In this document: positions 7,709 through 19,184 of the stretch, one piece after another | Layout of the letters: every line of letters begins with the position of its first letter | How positions within the stretch are numbered: position 1 is the stretch's first letter | Assembly: GCA_028277465.1 (NCBI GenBank) | Contig: JANQGF010000243.1 | Span: 1 to 35,485 of the forward strand | From: Chromatiaceae bacterium | GTDB lineage: Bacteria > Pseudomonadota > Gammaproteobacteria > Chromatiales > Chromatiaceae | Direction of reading: 5' to 3' | DNA: 35,485 nt | The notes under the pieces: model-generated | Database searches by the model: none | Told to the model about the DNA's origin: nothing | Seen by the model: the letters and a program-made list of their open reading frames with translations, nothing else | Translations under genes and position numbers: made by a program

Positions 7709-8317
7709 TCACTTGACCGGGATCTTCATGCTGTCCTTGCCATGGCGTCTGAGCAGGGCCTCGACCCGCTCGGCCTCCGCCTTGCTCGCGAAGGCGTCGG
7801 TACGAACCCGGTGCGTGGTCCGCCCATTGGCAAGGGTCGCGGCCTGAACACGAGTAGTGACCCCCAGGAGTGCCAGCTCGGCCTTGAGACGCTCCGCGTC
7901 CGCCATACGACGGAAGGAGCCGACCTGGACGACATAGCTCCCGCGAGGGGCCGTGGTGGCAGGTGCAGCAGGCGGTGTCTTCGCGGGGCTCGTTGCCGTC
8001 TGGCCTGGAGTCGTTTGCGCCGCCGGCGGTCGCGCCGGCGGCGGGGGTGGTGGCGCGTCGCTACCCACCTCGACCTCGGTGTCACGCAGGATTTCCTCGA
8101 AGCGGAAACTCGGCTTGACGGGCGCTGGTCGTTCATCCTGGCCGGGTGTTCTCGCCGTCTCGGCAGGGGTCTCGGTCGGCGGGTGGCGAGCCGAATAGAG
8201 ACCGCTCACGACGGCACCGAGCAGGGCGCCGGAGAGGAACCACCAGATACAGGAGCGGCCCTGTTTGCGCTTCGCCGTCGGGCGAGCGGGTGAGCCGCGT
8301 CGGTAATCGCGCGCCAT
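7709..8317 (-). CDS. SPOR-domain cell-division protein (FtsN/DedD-like): TM, Pro-rich linker, C-terminal SPOR
   Basis: TM IWWFLSGALLGAVVSGLY and a Pro/Ala/Thr-rich linker. The C-terminus YVVQVGSFRRMADAERLKAELALLGV...RVRTDAFASKAEAERV is a SPOR fold. Sits downstream of argS as in Pseudomonas-type gene order. Confidence 0.75.
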   Translation of the reverse strand: MARDYRRGSPARPTAKRKQGRSCIWWFLSGALLGAVVSGLYSARHPPTETPAETARTPGQDERPAPVKPSFRFEEILRDTEVEVGSDAPPPPPPARPPAAQTTPGQTATSPAKTPPAAPATTAPRGSYVVQVGSFRRMADAERLKAELALLGVTTRVQAATLANGRTTHRVRTDAFASKAEAERVEALLRRHGKDSMKIPVK

Positions 8318-8318
8318 C

Positions 8319-10100
8319 CTACATGGCCTCCGGGGCCGAAACCCCGAGTAGGCCCAGCCCGTTGCGCAACACCTGTCGAACGGCCAGGATCAGCTTGATC
8401 CGGGCGTCGCGCAAGGCCGCGTCTGTCACCAGGAACTGGTGGGCGTTGTAATAGGTATGGAGCTCGTTCGCCAGATCGCGCAGATAATGGGTGAGCTGGT
8501 GCGGCTCCTCCTTGAGGGCCGCGGCTTCGACCACCTCGGGGTAGCGGGCCACTGTGCGCAGCAGTGTCTCCTCCTGATGCTCCGTGAGGCGCTCCAGATG
8601 GGTCGTGCCGGCGCTGGGCTCGATCTCCATGCCCCGCTCGGCCGCCTGGCGCAGCACGCTGCAGACCCGAGCATGGGCGTACTGCACATAATAGACCGGG
8701 TTATCGGAGGACTCGGACTTGGCGAGATCCAGATCGAAGTCCAGGTGCTGTTCGCAGCGGCGCATGACATAGAAGTAGCGGGCGGCGTCGCGCCCGACCT
8801 CTCGACGGAGCTCGCGGAGGGTCACGAACTCGCCGGATCGGGTCGACATCTGTACCTTCTCGCCCCCCCGATAGAGGATCGCGAACTGCACCAAGAGCAC
8901 GTCGAGTCGGTCGGGATCCTCGCCCAAGGCCGTGAGCGCTGCCTTGACCCGGGGGATATAGCCATGGTGATCCGCACCCCAGATGTCGACGACACGGTCG
9001 AAGCCGCGCTCGAGCTTGTCCAGATGATAGGCGACGTCCGAGGCGAAATAGGTCGTCTGGCCGTTCTCGCGGACCAGGACCCGGTCTTTCTCGTCCCCGA
9101 ACTCCGACGCACGGAACCAGAGTGCGCCGTCCCGCTCGTAGAGGTGGCCGCGCTCGCGCAGGCGCTCGATCGCCCGATCGACCGCGCCGCTCTCGGTCAG
9201 CGCGCGCTCGGAGTACCATTCCTGATAATCGACGCCGAATTGGGAGAGGTCGTCGCGGATGTCGTCGAGGATGGTGTTGAGGCCCAGCTCGAAGACATAG
9301 CGATACCGGTTGTCGCCTAGAAGACGTTTCGCGGCGACGACGAGCCCATCGATGTGCGCCTCTTTGTCGCCCTCCAGGTCCTGGGGCTCGCCCTCCTGTG
9401 GGGTGTCCGGCGGTAGGCCTCCGCAGACCGTCTCGGTGTCCACGCGGTAGGCGTCGCCATGCTCGCGGTGCAAGGTCGCCGCGATGTCCCAGACATAGTC
9501 GCCCCGATAGCCGTTGCTGGGGAATCTCAGATCCTCGCCGCAGAGCTCCAAGTAGCGCAGCCAGACCGAGGTGGCCAGGATATCCATCTGGCGCCCGGCG
9601 TCGTTGACATAGTACTCACGATGAACCTCGAAGCCGACCGCGGCCAGAAGGTCTGCGACCACCGCCCCGTAAGCGGCGCCGCGTCCGTGCCCGACGTGCA
9701 GCGGACCCGTCGGGTTCGCCGAGACGAACTCGACCTGGACCCGGCGGCCGGCGCCGATCCGTCCTCGGCCGAAGTCGTTCCCCGCCTCGAGGATCTGTGG
9801 CACGAGGCTGCGATAGGCGCCCTCGGCCAAAAAGAAGTTGATGAAGCCGGGACCCGCGATCTCCACCCGCGCCACCAGGGGCGACGGCGGCAATGCATCG
9901 ACCAGCCGCTGGGCTAGGTCGCGCGGCCTGGTACGGGCGGGCTTGGCGAGCACCAGAGCGACATTGGTGGCGAAATCCCCATGGCCGGCCTCGCGGGTCC
10001 GTTCCAGCTGGGGCTCTGGCAACGCCTGGACCCCGAGCCCCCCCTCGGCGAGAAGCCGACCGAGCGCGGCGTGGATGAGGTCTTTGATGTCTTGCTTCAT
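8319..10100 (-). CDS. argS: Arginine--tRNA ligase
   Basis: Conserved ArgRS sequence throughout, including the HVGH class I motif region [13 protein letters not shown] and a C-terminal anticodon-binding domain. Confidence 0.9.
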   Translation of the reverse strand: MKQDIKDLIHAALGRLLAEGGLGVQALPEPQLERTREAGHGDFATNVALVLAKPARTRPRDLAQRLVDALPPSPLVARVEIAGPGFINFFLAEGAYRSLVPQILEAGNDFGRGRIGAGRRVQVEFVSANPTGPLHVGHGRGAAYGAVVADLLAAVGFEVHREYYVNDAGRQMDILATSVWLRYLELCGEDLRFPSNGYRGDYVWDIAATLHREHGDAYRVDTETVCGGLPPDTPQEGEPQDLEGDKEAHIDGLVVAAKRLLGDNRYRYVFELGLNTILDDIRDDLSQFGVDYQEWYSERALTESGAVDRAIERLRERGHLYERDGALWFRASEFGDEKDRVLVRENGQTTYFASDVAYHLDKLERGFDRVVDIWGADHHGYIPRVKAALTALGEDPDRLDVLLVQFAILYRGGEKVQMSTRSGEFVTLRELRREVGRDAARYFYVMRRCEQHLDFDLDLAKSESSDNPVYYVQYAHARVCSVLRQAAERGMEIEPSAGTTHLERLTEHQEETLLRTVARYPEVVEAAALKEEPHQLTHYLRDLANELHTYYNAHQFLVTDAALRDARIKLILAVRQVLRNGLGLLGVSAPEAM

Positions 10101-10200
10101 GCAGGTCGTGGATCGAAGCGCCAGTGTGGCGCCTGGTTCGGTGAAGGCAGCGCAAGAGGATACCTGAAAGCGGTCTCTTGGGCAGGATAGGTCAACCCAT

Positions 10201-12468
10201 CTAGAGCATCTCCTGAGGATCCACGTCCAGCGACCAACGCAATCCCCCGGCCCGGGACAGACCGCGCAAGTCCCTGCACCAACGGGTCAGAAAGGCCTGG
10301 AGCAGCGGCCGCTCGAGGGAGTGCGCCAGGAGCTGGGCACGATAACGGCCCGCGCGTCGCTCCATGGGGGCAGGAACCGGTCCGAACAGGCGGACGCGCG
10401 GTTCGGTGAGACCTTCAGCCAGTGCACGTGCTCGGCGCAGGAAACGCGTCGGTTCCGCCGCTCCAGGGGCCTCGGCCCGGACCAGCGCGAGGTGGGCGAA
10501 TGGGGGCAGCTCGGCCGCGCGACGCTCGTGCAATGCCGCCGCCGCGAACCCCCCGTAGCCCTCGCGCAGCAGGGATTGCAGCAATGGGTGTTCCGGGTGT
10601 CGCGTCTGTAGCACGACCCGGCCCGGCCGTTCGGCTCGGCCGGCCCGCCCGGCCACCTGGACGATGAGCTGTGCGGTGCGCTCTGGGGCACGAAAGTCGC
10701 TGGCGTAGAGCGACTGATCCAGCTCCAGGATCCCCGCCAGGGTCACGCCTGGGAAGTCGTGCCCCTTTGCCAGCATCTGGGTGCCGAGTAGGATCTGCAC
10801 CTCGCCACGTCGGATCGCGCCGAGCCGGCGGGTCAGCTCGCCCTTGCGCCGGGTGCTGTCCCGATCGATACGGGCGATGCCGGCGTGCGGGAAGAGGGCA
10901 CGGAGATCCTCCTCCATGCGTTCCGTCCCGCGGCCGAGCATGCGCAGATCGCTCCCACTGCAGGCGGGACAGAGGTCCGGCAGCGCGCGCGACCAGCCGC
11001 AGTGATGGCACCAGAGACGTCGCTGGTTCAGATGCAGGGTCAGCCGAGCATCACAGTGTGTACATTCACCGATCCAGCCACAGGAGTGGCAGGTGAAGAG
11101 GGGGGCATAGCCGCGCCGGTTCAGGAACAGCAGCACCTGGTTGCCGGTCGCGATCTCGTCGTGCATCTGCGCACGCAAGACGGGTGACAGGCCAGCCCGC
11201 AAGGGCTGATGACGGATGTCCAGCAGGGAGATGGTCGGCGTTCGCGCCGGGCCAGCCCGGCGTGGCAGCCGCAGCCAACCATAGCGCCCGGTCCGGGCGT
11301 TCTGCAGGGTCTCGAGCGAGGGTGTGGCCGACCCCAGCACCACCGGACAGCCCGTCAGTTGGCCGCGTCGGACCGCCAGGTCGCGCGCGGAGTAACGGAA
11401 GCCCTCTTGCTGTTTGAGCGAGGCATCGTGCTCCTCGTCGACCAGGATCAGCCCGAGGCGCGGCAGTGGGACGAAGATCGCCGAGCGTGTCCCGAGCACC
11501 AGTGCCGCCTGGCCTTGGGCCGCCCGATGCCAGTTGCGCTCGCGCTCGCCCGCGCTGAGCGCCGAATGGAGCAGGGTCACTGATCCTGGCAGGCGTTCAC
11601 GGAAACGCGTCTGCAATTGAGGCGTGAGCCCGATCTCGGGAACCAGGACCAAGGCCTGCTGACCGGCGGCCATGACGGAGCCGATCAGGCGGATATAGAC
11701 CTCGGTCTTGCCGCTCCCGGTGACCCCGTCGATGAGGAAGGGTCGAAAGCTGCCGAGGGCGTCTTGGATCGTCGCCACTGCGGTCCTTTGGTCGGTGTTC
11801 AGGGTGGGGCCCGCGACCGCCGGGCACGCGGGAAGCGCCCCCCCAGTCGTGTCTGGATCCAGCCGGCAGTCGGTGACCAGACCCTTGGAACGCAACGCAC
11901 GCAGGGCCGCCCGGCCGTCGCCCAGCCTCGAGGTCAGCTCGACCAGGGCCACACCCTGCGGGTGGGCGCGTACCAGTGCGAGCAGCTCCCGCTGCCTGGG
12001 TGCGCGGGCCAAGGTCCGCAGGTCGAGCCCCAGACCTTCCGGCGTCGCCCGCATACCGGGAACCCGTTCTTCGCGCAGCGGTTCGGGGCGACGCAGACGC
12101 GCCGGCAGGGCAGTGAAGAGCGCCTCTCCGAGTGGCTCCTGATAATAGGCCGCCGCCCATTCGATCAGGCGCAGGTCCGACCGCGTGAACAGAGGGTAAG
12201 GATCCAGGACCAGCTCAATGGGTTTGAGACGCGCCGGATCCTGGTCGGTTCGGGTCACGACCGCCATCAGGATCCCAACCCGCTTGCCGCGGCCGAAGGG
12301 CACGAGCAAACGCGAGCCTGGCAGGAGCCTCGGCGGAGACGAGGAGAGCGGCGGCAGATAGTCGAACAGCTCGGCCAACGGGGCCGACACGGCGACACGC
12401 AGGATGGTCGCGGGGGCACTGGAAAGGGACAAGCATCGGGGACGTAAGGGGAAAGTAGAACTGCTCAC
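10201..12468 (-). CDS. priA: Primosomal protein N' (PriA replication restart helicase)
   Basis: Walker [17 protein letters not shown]-type helicase motifs. Cys-rich zinc-binding region [20 protein letters not shown]...CHHCGW. The annotated start is GTG and the true start is uncertain. Confidence 0.9.
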   Translation of the reverse strand: MSSSTFPLRPRCLSLSSAPATILRVAVSAPLAELFDYLPPLSSSPPRLLPGSRLLVPFGRGKRVGILMAVVTRTDQDPARLKPIELVLDPYPLFTRSDLRLIEWAAAYYQEPLGEALFTALPARLRRPEPLREERVPGMRATPEGLGLDLRTLARAPRQRELLALVRAHPQGVALVELTSRLGDGRAALRALRSKGLVTDCRLDPDTTGGALPACPAVAGPTLNTDQRTAVATIQDALGSFRPFLIDGVTGSGKTEVYIRLIGSVMAAGQQALVLVPEIGLTPQLQTRFRERLPGSVTLLHSALSAGERERNWHRAAQGQAALVLGTRSAIFVPLPRLGLILVDEEHDASLKQQEGFRYSARDLAVRRGQLTGCPVVLGSATPSLETLQNARTGRYGWLRLPRRAGPARTPTISLLDIRHQPLRAGLSPVLRAQMHDEIATGNQVLLFLNRRGYAPLFTCHSCGWIGECTHCDARLTLHLNQRRLWCHHCGWSRALPDLCPACSGSDLRMLGRGTERMEEDLRALFPHAGIARIDRDSTRRKGELTRRLGAIRRGEVQILLGTQMLAKGHDFPGVTLAGILELDQSLYASDFRAPERTAQLIVQVAGRAGRAERPGRVVLQTRHPEHPLLQSLLREGYGGFAAAALHERRAAELPPFAHLALVRAEAPGAAEPTRFLRRARALAEGLTEPRVRLFGPVPAPMERRAGRYRAQLLAHSLERPLLQAFLTRWCRDLRGLSRAGGLRWSLDVDPQEML

Positions 12469-12821
12469 AAGTTCTGTGGATAAGTCTGGGGATAGGCTTT
12501 GGAGATCGCTCGCCAGGCCACGCCACTGTCACAATTCCGTCCGCTTGGCAAAGATCTGACCAGTTACTCAATAATATTATTTTTCAATGTGTTGAAGGAT
12601 TTCGTTCGATAGCCACTCAAGAGGGTCTTGACAAATCTGCCGCAACCGGGATGTCCAATCGGGTCTGTGAATGAACAAGCCCTTCGGGCGGGAACAGGCG
12701 TCCGTTGGGCCCGCAGGCCGAGACCCGCCGGGCGCGTGAGCGCGAGTCGCAACCCCGGGTCGAGAGGCCCACTTCAACGCGCACTCCTTCACGGTTTGCG
12801 CGAGTGAGTCAAGCGAGTATC

Positions 12822-13457
12822 ATGCTCGCAAATTCCGAGCCGTATCCAACTATGTTGCCACTGAATCAACAGGTACTGCGAACGGATTTGGCGGGTATGC
12901 CCCTGGAATGGGTCAACTACCGCGTCGCGGCCCGACTCTATTTCTTGGGTCAGGTCGCATACTCCTGCGGGGACCTGCTCTTCCTGCTGCGCGGCGGGAT
13001 CAATGCCCTCACCCGGGTCCAGAGCCAGCTCCAGATCCACTCCATCATCGCGACCTACGGCATTCATCACGCCCTGAACAAGCTTCAGGAAGACTATGTG
13101 CCGCCGCTGTCGAATCGCACCCTCTTTCAGCGCGACGACCATATCTGCATGTACTGTGGGCAGCGTTTCTCGCCGCGTCATCTCTCGCGAGACCATGTTC
13201 GCCCCTCCAGCAAAGGTGGTCAGGACCAGTGGAACAATGTGGTCACGGCTTGCGTGCGCTGTAACAACCACAAGGCCGGGCGCTCGCCCGAAGATGCGGG
13301 CATGGAGCTGCTGGCCGTCCCTTTCACACCGACCCATGCCGAGTACATCTATTTGATGGGCCGTAATGTCCTGGCAGATCAAATGCAGTTCCTGCGCGCC
13401 CACTTTCCCCGAACCAGCCCATTGCATCGGAGGCTCGATCGAGGAAGGCCCGTATGA
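12822..13457 (+). CDS. HNH endonuclease family protein (211 aa)
   Basis: HNH motif CMYCGQRFSPRHLSRDHVRPSSKGGQDQWNNVVTACVRCNNHKAGR. The ATGA stop/start overlaps the next gene. Confidence 0.7.
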   Translation: MLANSEPYPTMLPLNQQVLRTDLAGMPLEWVNYRVAARLYFLGQVAYSCGDLLFLLRGGINALTRVQSQLQIHSIIATYGIHHALNKLQEDYVPPLSNRTLFQRDDHICMYCGQRFSPRHLSRDHVRPSSKGGQDQWNNVVTACVRCNNHKAGRSPEDAGMELLAVPFTPTHAEYIYLMGRNVLADQMQFLRAHFPRTSPLHRRLDRGRPV

Positions 13458-14329
13458 AGGCGTGGGGCGCGATCGCCGAGCACATAGGCGCCGCCACCGG
13501 GGAACCCTTCCAGATTCAGCGGAGCCGCTCGGTTGCCGGCGGCTGCATCAATCGGGCGACCCTACTGAGCGACGGCAGGCGGGATTATTTCGTCAAGCTG
13601 AACTCGGCCGATCGGCTGGCCATGTTCGAGGCAGAGTCCGAGGGGCTCGCGGCCCTGGCGGCGGCCAACGCCATCCGCGTACCTGGGCCGGTCTGCGCCG
13701 GCGTGGCTGGCGACCAGTGTTATCTGGTGATGGAGCGACTCGACCTCGGTGGGCGTCTGGACGCTGCACGGGCCGGGCGTCAACTGGCCCAATTGCATCG
13801 AGCGACCGGGGACGCCTTCGGTTGGCACAGAGACAACACCATCGGCGCCACTCCCCAACGCAATAAGATCTGCGCTGATTGGGTCGTCTTCTGGCGTGCC
13901 CATCGGCTCGGTTTCCAGTTGGAGCTCGCCGCCGCCAATGGTTACGGTGGACGTCTGCAAAGCGCCGGGGAACGCCTGCTGATCGGGCTGGAGGGGCTTC
14001 TCCTGCATCGGCCCCTGCCCTCGCTCCTGCATGGCGACCTCTGGGGTGGCAATATCGGGTCGACCCCCGACGGACAGCCAGTCGTCTTCGATCCGGCGGT
14101 CTATTATGGCGACCGGGAGACAGACTTGGCCATGACCGAACTCTTCGGCGGCTTCGGCGCCGATTTCCACCGGGCCTACCGAGAGGTCTGGCCGCTCGAT
14201 CCCGGCTATGCGACGCGCAAGATCCTCTACAACCTCTATCACATCCTCAATCACCTGAATCTCTTCGGTGGCGGCTATCTCAGCCAGGCCCAGGGGATGA
14301 TCGACCGACTCCTCGCAGAGATCCGCTGA
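13454..14329 (+). CDS. Fructosamine/ketosamine-3-kinase family protein
   Basis: Family signature near the C-terminus YNLYHILNHLNLFGGGY, plus HGDLWGGN and an aminoglycoside-kinase-like fold. Confidence 0.8.
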   Translation: MKAWGAIAEHIGAATGEPFQIQRSRSVAGGCINRATLLSDGRRDYFVKLNSADRLAMFEAESEGLAALAAANAIRVPGPVCAGVAGDQCYLVMERLDLGGRLDAARAGRQLAQLHRATGDAFGWHRDNTIGATPQRNKICADWVVFWRAHRLGFQLELAAANGYGGRLQSAGERLLIGLEGLLLHRPLPSLLHGDLWGGNIGSTPDGQPVVFDPAVYYGDRETDLAMTELFGGFGADFHRAYREVWPLDPGYATRKILYNLYHILNHLNLFGGGYLSQAQGMIDRLLAEIR

Positions 14330-14457
14330 GTTGCTCCATTTTCCGGGTGACAAGATGCGCTGAGTTCCGCAAAGATGACGAATATGTTAAAAACCTCGCC
14401 AATGGGTCAAAGGCAGGTTTGAACCTAAGCTTGAAGTACGCAGATCATTTCTTCTCC

Positions 14458-14967
14458 ATGCCTCGCGAACTCTTGATTCTCCGTCACGCCAAGTCGGATT
14501 GGGACTCTGGCGCCGCCAATGATTTCGATCGGCCACTCGCCAAGCGAGGCAAGCGCGACGCGCCCAAGGTCGCCGCCTGGCTCTATCGCGAGGGGCTGGT
14601 CCCCGACCATGTGATCAGCTCGCCGGCCGAGCGCGCCCGCCAGACCGCGACCAAGGTCTGCGAGGGGCTGGATATCAAGAAGAAGCGCATCGTCTGGGAG
14701 AGCGATATCTACCAGGCGGGCGTCCCGGAGCTGTTGGAGGTGCTCGCCCGGTGCCCGACCAAGGCCGGCACCGTGCTCATCATCGGTCACAACCCCGGCC
14801 TGGAGGAGCTGGTCAGCTATCTGGCCGGCGAGGACCTGGACCTCCCCCAAGACGGAAAGCTGTTGACCACGTCGGCCGTGGCGCGACTCGAGATGCCCGA
14901 TGAGTGGGGCAGGCTGGCACCGGGCAGTGGGCAACTCATCTCCATCACGCGTCCCAAGAACCTCTGA
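14458..14967 (+). CDS. sixA: Phosphohistidine phosphatase SixA-like (histidine phosphatase superfamily)
   Basis: LILRHAKS catalytic RHG-type motif at the N-terminus and GHNPGLEEL near the C-terminus. About 169 aa. Confidence 0.75.
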   Translation: MPRELLILRHAKSDWDSGAANDFDRPLAKRGKRDAPKVAAWLYREGLVPDHVISSPAERARQTATKVCEGLDIKKKRIVWESDIYQAGVPELLEVLARCPTKAGTVLIIGHNPGLEELVSYLAGEDLDLPQDGKLLTTSAVARLEMPDEWGRLAPGSGQLISITRPKNL

Positions 14968-15028
14968 GTCGCGCTGTTCGATCGGCGCTTCAGGCGCGCG
15001 GCGAGATGCCACGCCCGCTTCAGTCGTC

Positions 15029-18000
15029 TCACCGACTCGGAGCTCGAGTGGCGTTTCCCGCACCCTGGACATGTTGCTCGAGCCGCCGGATCTCCTCGAT
15101 CGTCTCATTCGAGAGCCTGGCGAAGCGCTCGGAGAGCAGGTGTTGCGCCGCTTCTCGCTCGCCGGCCATGACATGTCTCAGGACATCGCCCGCGCAAAGA
15201 TGGAAATCTGCATGTTTGGTGCGCAACGCCTCGTAGGCGGGATCGGCAACCAGACCGCTGCCAGTCCCCACCATCCACTCGCCCAGGGCGCATCGGTCGT
15301 CGCGTGAGACCAATTCGGGATCCTGGGGCTCGCTGCGGCCCTCGACCACGCGTCGAAGCCTCTTCGACCACTGCTTGTGCCCATAGATGACGTCGTCGAA
15401 GTCGATGTCATCGGTCTCGTCCATCCTGTCTGCCTCCAACTGGCGGTCCCCCTGTCTGTGATCGACCTTGAAGACGGCCACGGCTCGACCCAGCCCGCCG
15501 GCCTGATCCTCCAGGCTCTCCGCCGCTGCCGCGGCCTCTTCCACCAATGCCGCATTGCGCTGCGTCACCTCGTCCATTTGGGCAATGGCCTGGGCCACCT
15601 GATCGACGCCGGTGCTCTGCTCCCGGCTGGCGTCGGCGATCTCGGTCACGAGTGCCGCCAGCTGTCGAATGGATTCCACGATGGTCTCCATGGTACCCCC
15701 AGCCTCCTCGACCAGCTTCGCGCCGGCGTCGATCTTGGCCACCGAATCGCCGATCAGGCCCTTGATCTCTCTGGCCGCCTGGCCGCTGCGCTGAGCCAGA
15801 CTCCTCACTTCGGCGGCCACCACCGCGAAGCCCCGGCCCTGTTCGCCGGCCCTGGCCGCTTCCACCGCCGCATTGAGCGCGAGGATATTGGTCTGGGAGG
15901 CGATGCCGTCGACCACCCCGATGATCTCGGCGATGTGACCGCTGGCTGCCTGGATCGCGCCCATGGTGTCGATCACCTGAGTGACCAGCTCGCCGCCCTT
16001 CTCCGCCTTGCTGTCGGCACCCTGCGCCAGCTCGCTCGCGCTCCGGGCGTTCCCGGCGTTCTGTTGGATGCTGGCATTGAGCTCCTCCATGGAGCTCGCG
16101 GTCTCCTCCAGGCTGCTTGCCTGCTCTTCGGTGCGCTCGGACAGGTCCGCATTTCCCGCCGCAATCTCTCCTGCGGCCGTATTGATGGCGTCGGTGGTCT
16201 CCTGGATCCCCAGCACCAGCCTTTCCAGATGTGCCACCGTCGCGTTGGTGTCTTGCTTCAATTCCGCGAAGCGGCCCTTGTAGCGCGACTCCATCTTCGT
16301 CGTGAGATCTCCCTGTGCGACCGCCCGCAGAACACTCGCCAGATCGTCCAGCACCCGCGAGACGGTCTCGATGAGGTTGTTCATGCCCTCGGCGAGGTCG
16401 AGGAAGAAGCCCTGCTTGTCGTCCATCCTCAGTCGGTGGCCGAAATCACCCCGCGCGACCCCGTCCAGCAGGGCATCCAGCTCGTCTTCGGCGACCACCT
16501 CTGCCGTTCGGTCGATCCACTCCACGACCGTGCCGAGACGTCCACCTCGCGCCTCCAGGACCGGGTTGGCGACGAGCCGGAAGGTGCGCCCGCCCCTCTT
16601 GATCTGGGTGATGTAGGTCCCGTTCAGCTCGGCCAGATGCTCGCGCTCGCGGGCCCCGTCCGGATGAAGCTCGGCGAAGTCGCGTCCCAGCAGCCGGTCG
16701 GCGTCGAAGTCCGGCGACTCTCGGCGGAGATCCGCCTCGGCCTTGCGCATCATCTCCACCAAGGCCGCGTTCAGATAGATCAGAGTGCCGGCGTCGTCGA
16801 TCACCATCATGTTCGTGGACGCCTTGTCGAGCGCGCTCTTGATCCGCTCCATCTCAGCGGAGTGGCGACGCTCGGCGCGGGTGCGCTCGGCGAGCTCCGT
16901 CTGCATGGCGGCGACCGCCTCGATCAAGGTGCCGACCTCATCGCTGCGCGCACTGTGGATCCGGGTCCCGTATTCGCCGCCGCCGATCTTCTTCAGGATC
17001 CCCACGACCTCACGGACGGGCTTGACCAGGATGCGTTGCGACAAGAGGGGGAGCAGGGCGCCGATGGCCAGCAGAAGCAACCCGGAGGCGACGAGCAAGG
17101 CGTTACGCAGACGAGCAGCGTCCTGCGAGAACTGGTGCGCGGGGACACTGCCGGCCACCAACCAGTTCCAGCTCGGATAGCGCTCGTAGACGAGGAGTTG
17201 CTCGCTGGATGCCAGATCGCCCTGCCCTTCCTGCGGCCAGTGGACGCGGGCCAGACCACGACGCTCTGCGAGCATCTCAGGAAGGAGGGGGCGGCCTTCC
17301 GCGTCCTCGACATCCGGCATCGGCTCGCCTTCATCGAACGGATGGACGAGGAGGCGTCCCGCTCGCTCGCCTGGACCCGCATCCAGGACCCAAAAGAAGC
17401 CATCTCGACCCACCTGGATGGCGCGGATCTCCTCCTTCAGCGCCGCGAGACCAGCGCCGAAATCGATCCCGATGGAGACGAGACCGATCACCCGTCCCTT
17501 CAGGATCAGGGGGCGGTATCGGACCATGAGGTCGCGGCCGAGTTCGACTCGCCTGCCGAGGTATTCCTCCCCCGCGACGAGCTTGGCGTAGCCCGGATGC
17601 CCCTGGCCGAGCGAGTCCCCGAGTGCAGGCCGACCTCGTTCGTCCAGGAGCGAGGTCGCGATGGGCAGGAAGCCATCCGCCTGACGGGCGAAGAGGGTGA
17701 CCGAGGCCCCGGTCTGGCGGCTGAAACGGTCCACCCAAGTGAGCTCGTCGCTGAGGATGGATGCCAGGTCCCGTGGCAGCGGGGCGGCCGTCTCGTCGAT
17801 CCAGTCGGGTTCATCGGTTTCCAGTGCGAGCCTGTCCTCGAAGGGTCCCGAGAGGACATTCATTAGACGCTCGGTCTCCTGACTCAGCGCGGCGTCAGAG
17901 CGCTCGACCATCACCAGGACCAGGCGCAATTGCGCCTCCAGTTGGTCCCTGGTTTGACGCTCCAGAAGGGTCCGCGCCTGGTCCCCGAGTTGTAAGGCCA

Positions 18001-18085
18001 CCACCGCGAGCGAGAGCGCAATCAGGCTCGAGGCGGCCGCGGTCAGCTTCAGGCCGACCGATGTCTTCACGCGTACCTTTGGCAT
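15029..18085 (-). CDS. Methyl-accepting chemotaxis protein (about 1018 aa): periplasmic Cache-like sensor, HAMP, PAS, HAMP, MA signalling domain, C-terminal CZB zinc-binding domain
   Basis: Two TM segments flank a roughly 300-aa periplasmic domain. The MCP signalling core is ...[36 protein letters not shown]... The C-terminal region [14 protein letters not shown]...CALGEWM...H..H is a CZB domain. Start chosen at the ATG with GAGG RBS (18085). Confidence 0.8.
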   Translation of the reverse strand: MPKVRVKTSVGLKLTAAASSLIALSLAVVALQLGDQARTLLERQTRDQLEAQLRLVLVMVERSDAALSQETERLMNVLSGPFEDRLALETDEPDWIDETAAPLPRDLASILSDELTWVDRFSRQTGASVTLFARQADGFLPIATSLLDERGRPALGDSLGQGHPGYAKLVAGEEYLGRRVELGRDLMVRYRPLILKGRVIGLVSIGIDFGAGLAALKEEIRAIQVGRDGFFWVLDAGPGERAGRLLVHPFDEGEPMPDVEDAEGRPLLPEMLAERRGLARVHWPQEGQGDLASSEQLLVYERYPSWNWLVAGSVPAHQFSQDAARLRNALLVASGLLLLAIGALLPLLSQRILVKPVREVVGILKKIGGGEYGTRIHSARSDEVGTLIEAVAAMQTELAERTRAERRHSAEMERIKSALDKASTNMMVIDDAGTLIYLNAALVEMMRKAEADLRRESPDFDADRLLGRDFAELHPDGAREREHLAELNGTYITQIKRGGRTFRLVANPVLEARGGRLGTVVEWIDRTAEVVAEDELDALLDGVARGDFGHRLRMDDKQGFFLDLAEGMNNLIETVSRVLDDLASVLRAVAQGDLTTKMESRYKGRFAELKQDTNATVAHLERLVLGIQETTDAINTAAGEIAAGNADLSERTEEQASSLEETASSMEELNASIQQNAGNARSASELAQGADSKAEKGGELVTQVIDTMGAIQAASGHIAEIIGVVDGIASQTNILALNAAVEAARAGEQGRGFAVVAAEVRSLAQRSGQAAREIKGLIGDSVAKIDAGAKLVEEAGGTMETIVESIRQLAALVTEIADASREQSTGVDQVAQAIAQMDEVTQRNAALVEEAAAAAESLEDQAGGLGRAVAVFKVDHRQGDRQLEADRMDETDDIDFDDVIYGHKQWSKRLRRVVEGRSEPQDPELVSRDDRCALGEWMVGTGSGLVADPAYEALRTKHADFHLCAGDVLRHVMAGEREAAQHLLSERFARLSNETIEEIRRLEQHVQGAGNATRAPSR

Positions 18086-18098
18086 CGTCACTGCCTCT

Positions 18099-18887
18099 TC
18101 AAATCCGACACTTGGATGTCTCACCTGCCACACCGCCCAGCGCCTCACGGACATCTCGGGCAAGCTCGGAAGGGTCGCTCGAGCGAACGATGCGAGCCAG
18201 CTCGATCGCCAGTCGTTCCAGGATCAGCAGCGCGTTGATCAAGCGGGCGAGATGGCCTCCCATGACCGAGGCGTAATCCGACAGACCGATCCGGAGCGAC
18301 CGCTCGAGTGTCTCGACCAGGCGCCTGAGGGTCGGGTTGGTGTCTGCATGATATGTGTTTACGATCCGCGCGACCGGCCCCACCTTCATGAGCTCGCCGG
18401 CATAGCGCGGGGCACGCGACCAGCTGTACTTGCCGTCGGGTTTGTGTTGCTCGGCCTGATCGGTCTCCCAGTCGATGGGCGTGAGGCCTTGACTGCTCGA
18501 GGGCCTGAGGTCGCGGTCCGGCTGGTCCTGGTCATCGATGAAATCCAGTGCGCACAGGGTGTAGAAATGCAGGAGATAATCCTGGAGTTGGTCGGCGCCG
18601 ACGATGAGGTTGCGCAGTCGCTGTCCCTTGGGGTTCGGCCGCAGGTCCAGGGCGTCCTCCAGCGCCAAGGCGGCGGCCTCCGCATGGCCGTAAGGGTAAA
18701 CCCCACAGACCCGCTGGGTCATCTGCTGTGCTACTCTGGCATCGTGCCCGATCAGTGCCTTTTCGATCCCGCGGAGCATGTCCGCGGTACAGTGGGCATC
18801 GACGACCTCATCATCCACGACGCGGGTCACGAAACGCAGATGGCCCTCGATGCGGGTCATGGGGTCGACGATGACTTGACGGAACAT
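18099..18887 (-). CDS. Degenerate NiFe-hydrogenase large-subunit-like mini protein (about 262 aa)
   Basis: It retains the N-terminal region [16 protein letters not shown]...[17 protein letters not shown]...HFYTL, where the first CxxC is degenerate (CGVY). It retains the distal segment [24 protein letters not shown]. The roughly 300-aa middle region and the C-terminal Ni-binding motif are missing. A pseudogene is possible. Confidence 0.5.
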   Translation of the reverse strand: MFRQVIVDPMTRIEGHLRFVTRVVDDEVVDAHCTADMLRGIEKALIGHDARVAQQMTQRVCGVYPYGHAEAAALALEDALDLRPNPKGQRLRNLIVGADQLQDYLLHFYTLCALDFIDDQDQPDRDLRPSSSQGLTPIDWETDQAEQHKPDGKYSWSRAPRYAGELMKVGPVARIVNTYHADTNPTLRRLVETLERSLRIGLSDYASVMGGHLARLINALLILERLAIELARIVRSSDPSELARDVREALGGVAGETSKCRI

Positions 18888-19184
18888 GGAGGCTCTCACA
18901 GGGTCTCTAGGCTCCGTGCACCGGGAGAGGCGACCTGCTCCCAACCGGCCCAGAAGACGCCTTGGCAGCGAGCCTCGATCGGCACGGGGATGGAGGGCCC
19001 AGGCCGCGCCAATGGTGACGGCGAAGCTGGTGGTAGACCGGCCATCCCCAGGAGGTGCAGCCTGCCTTCTGGCGGAATTCAGTCCCTGGCCACAACCGGG
19101 AGAAGAGCATACTGGCAAGTCGGAGCGAGAGGCTAGATCGGAAGATTGATTGGAATCAGTAGTCACACTCTTTTTAAGTCTCAA

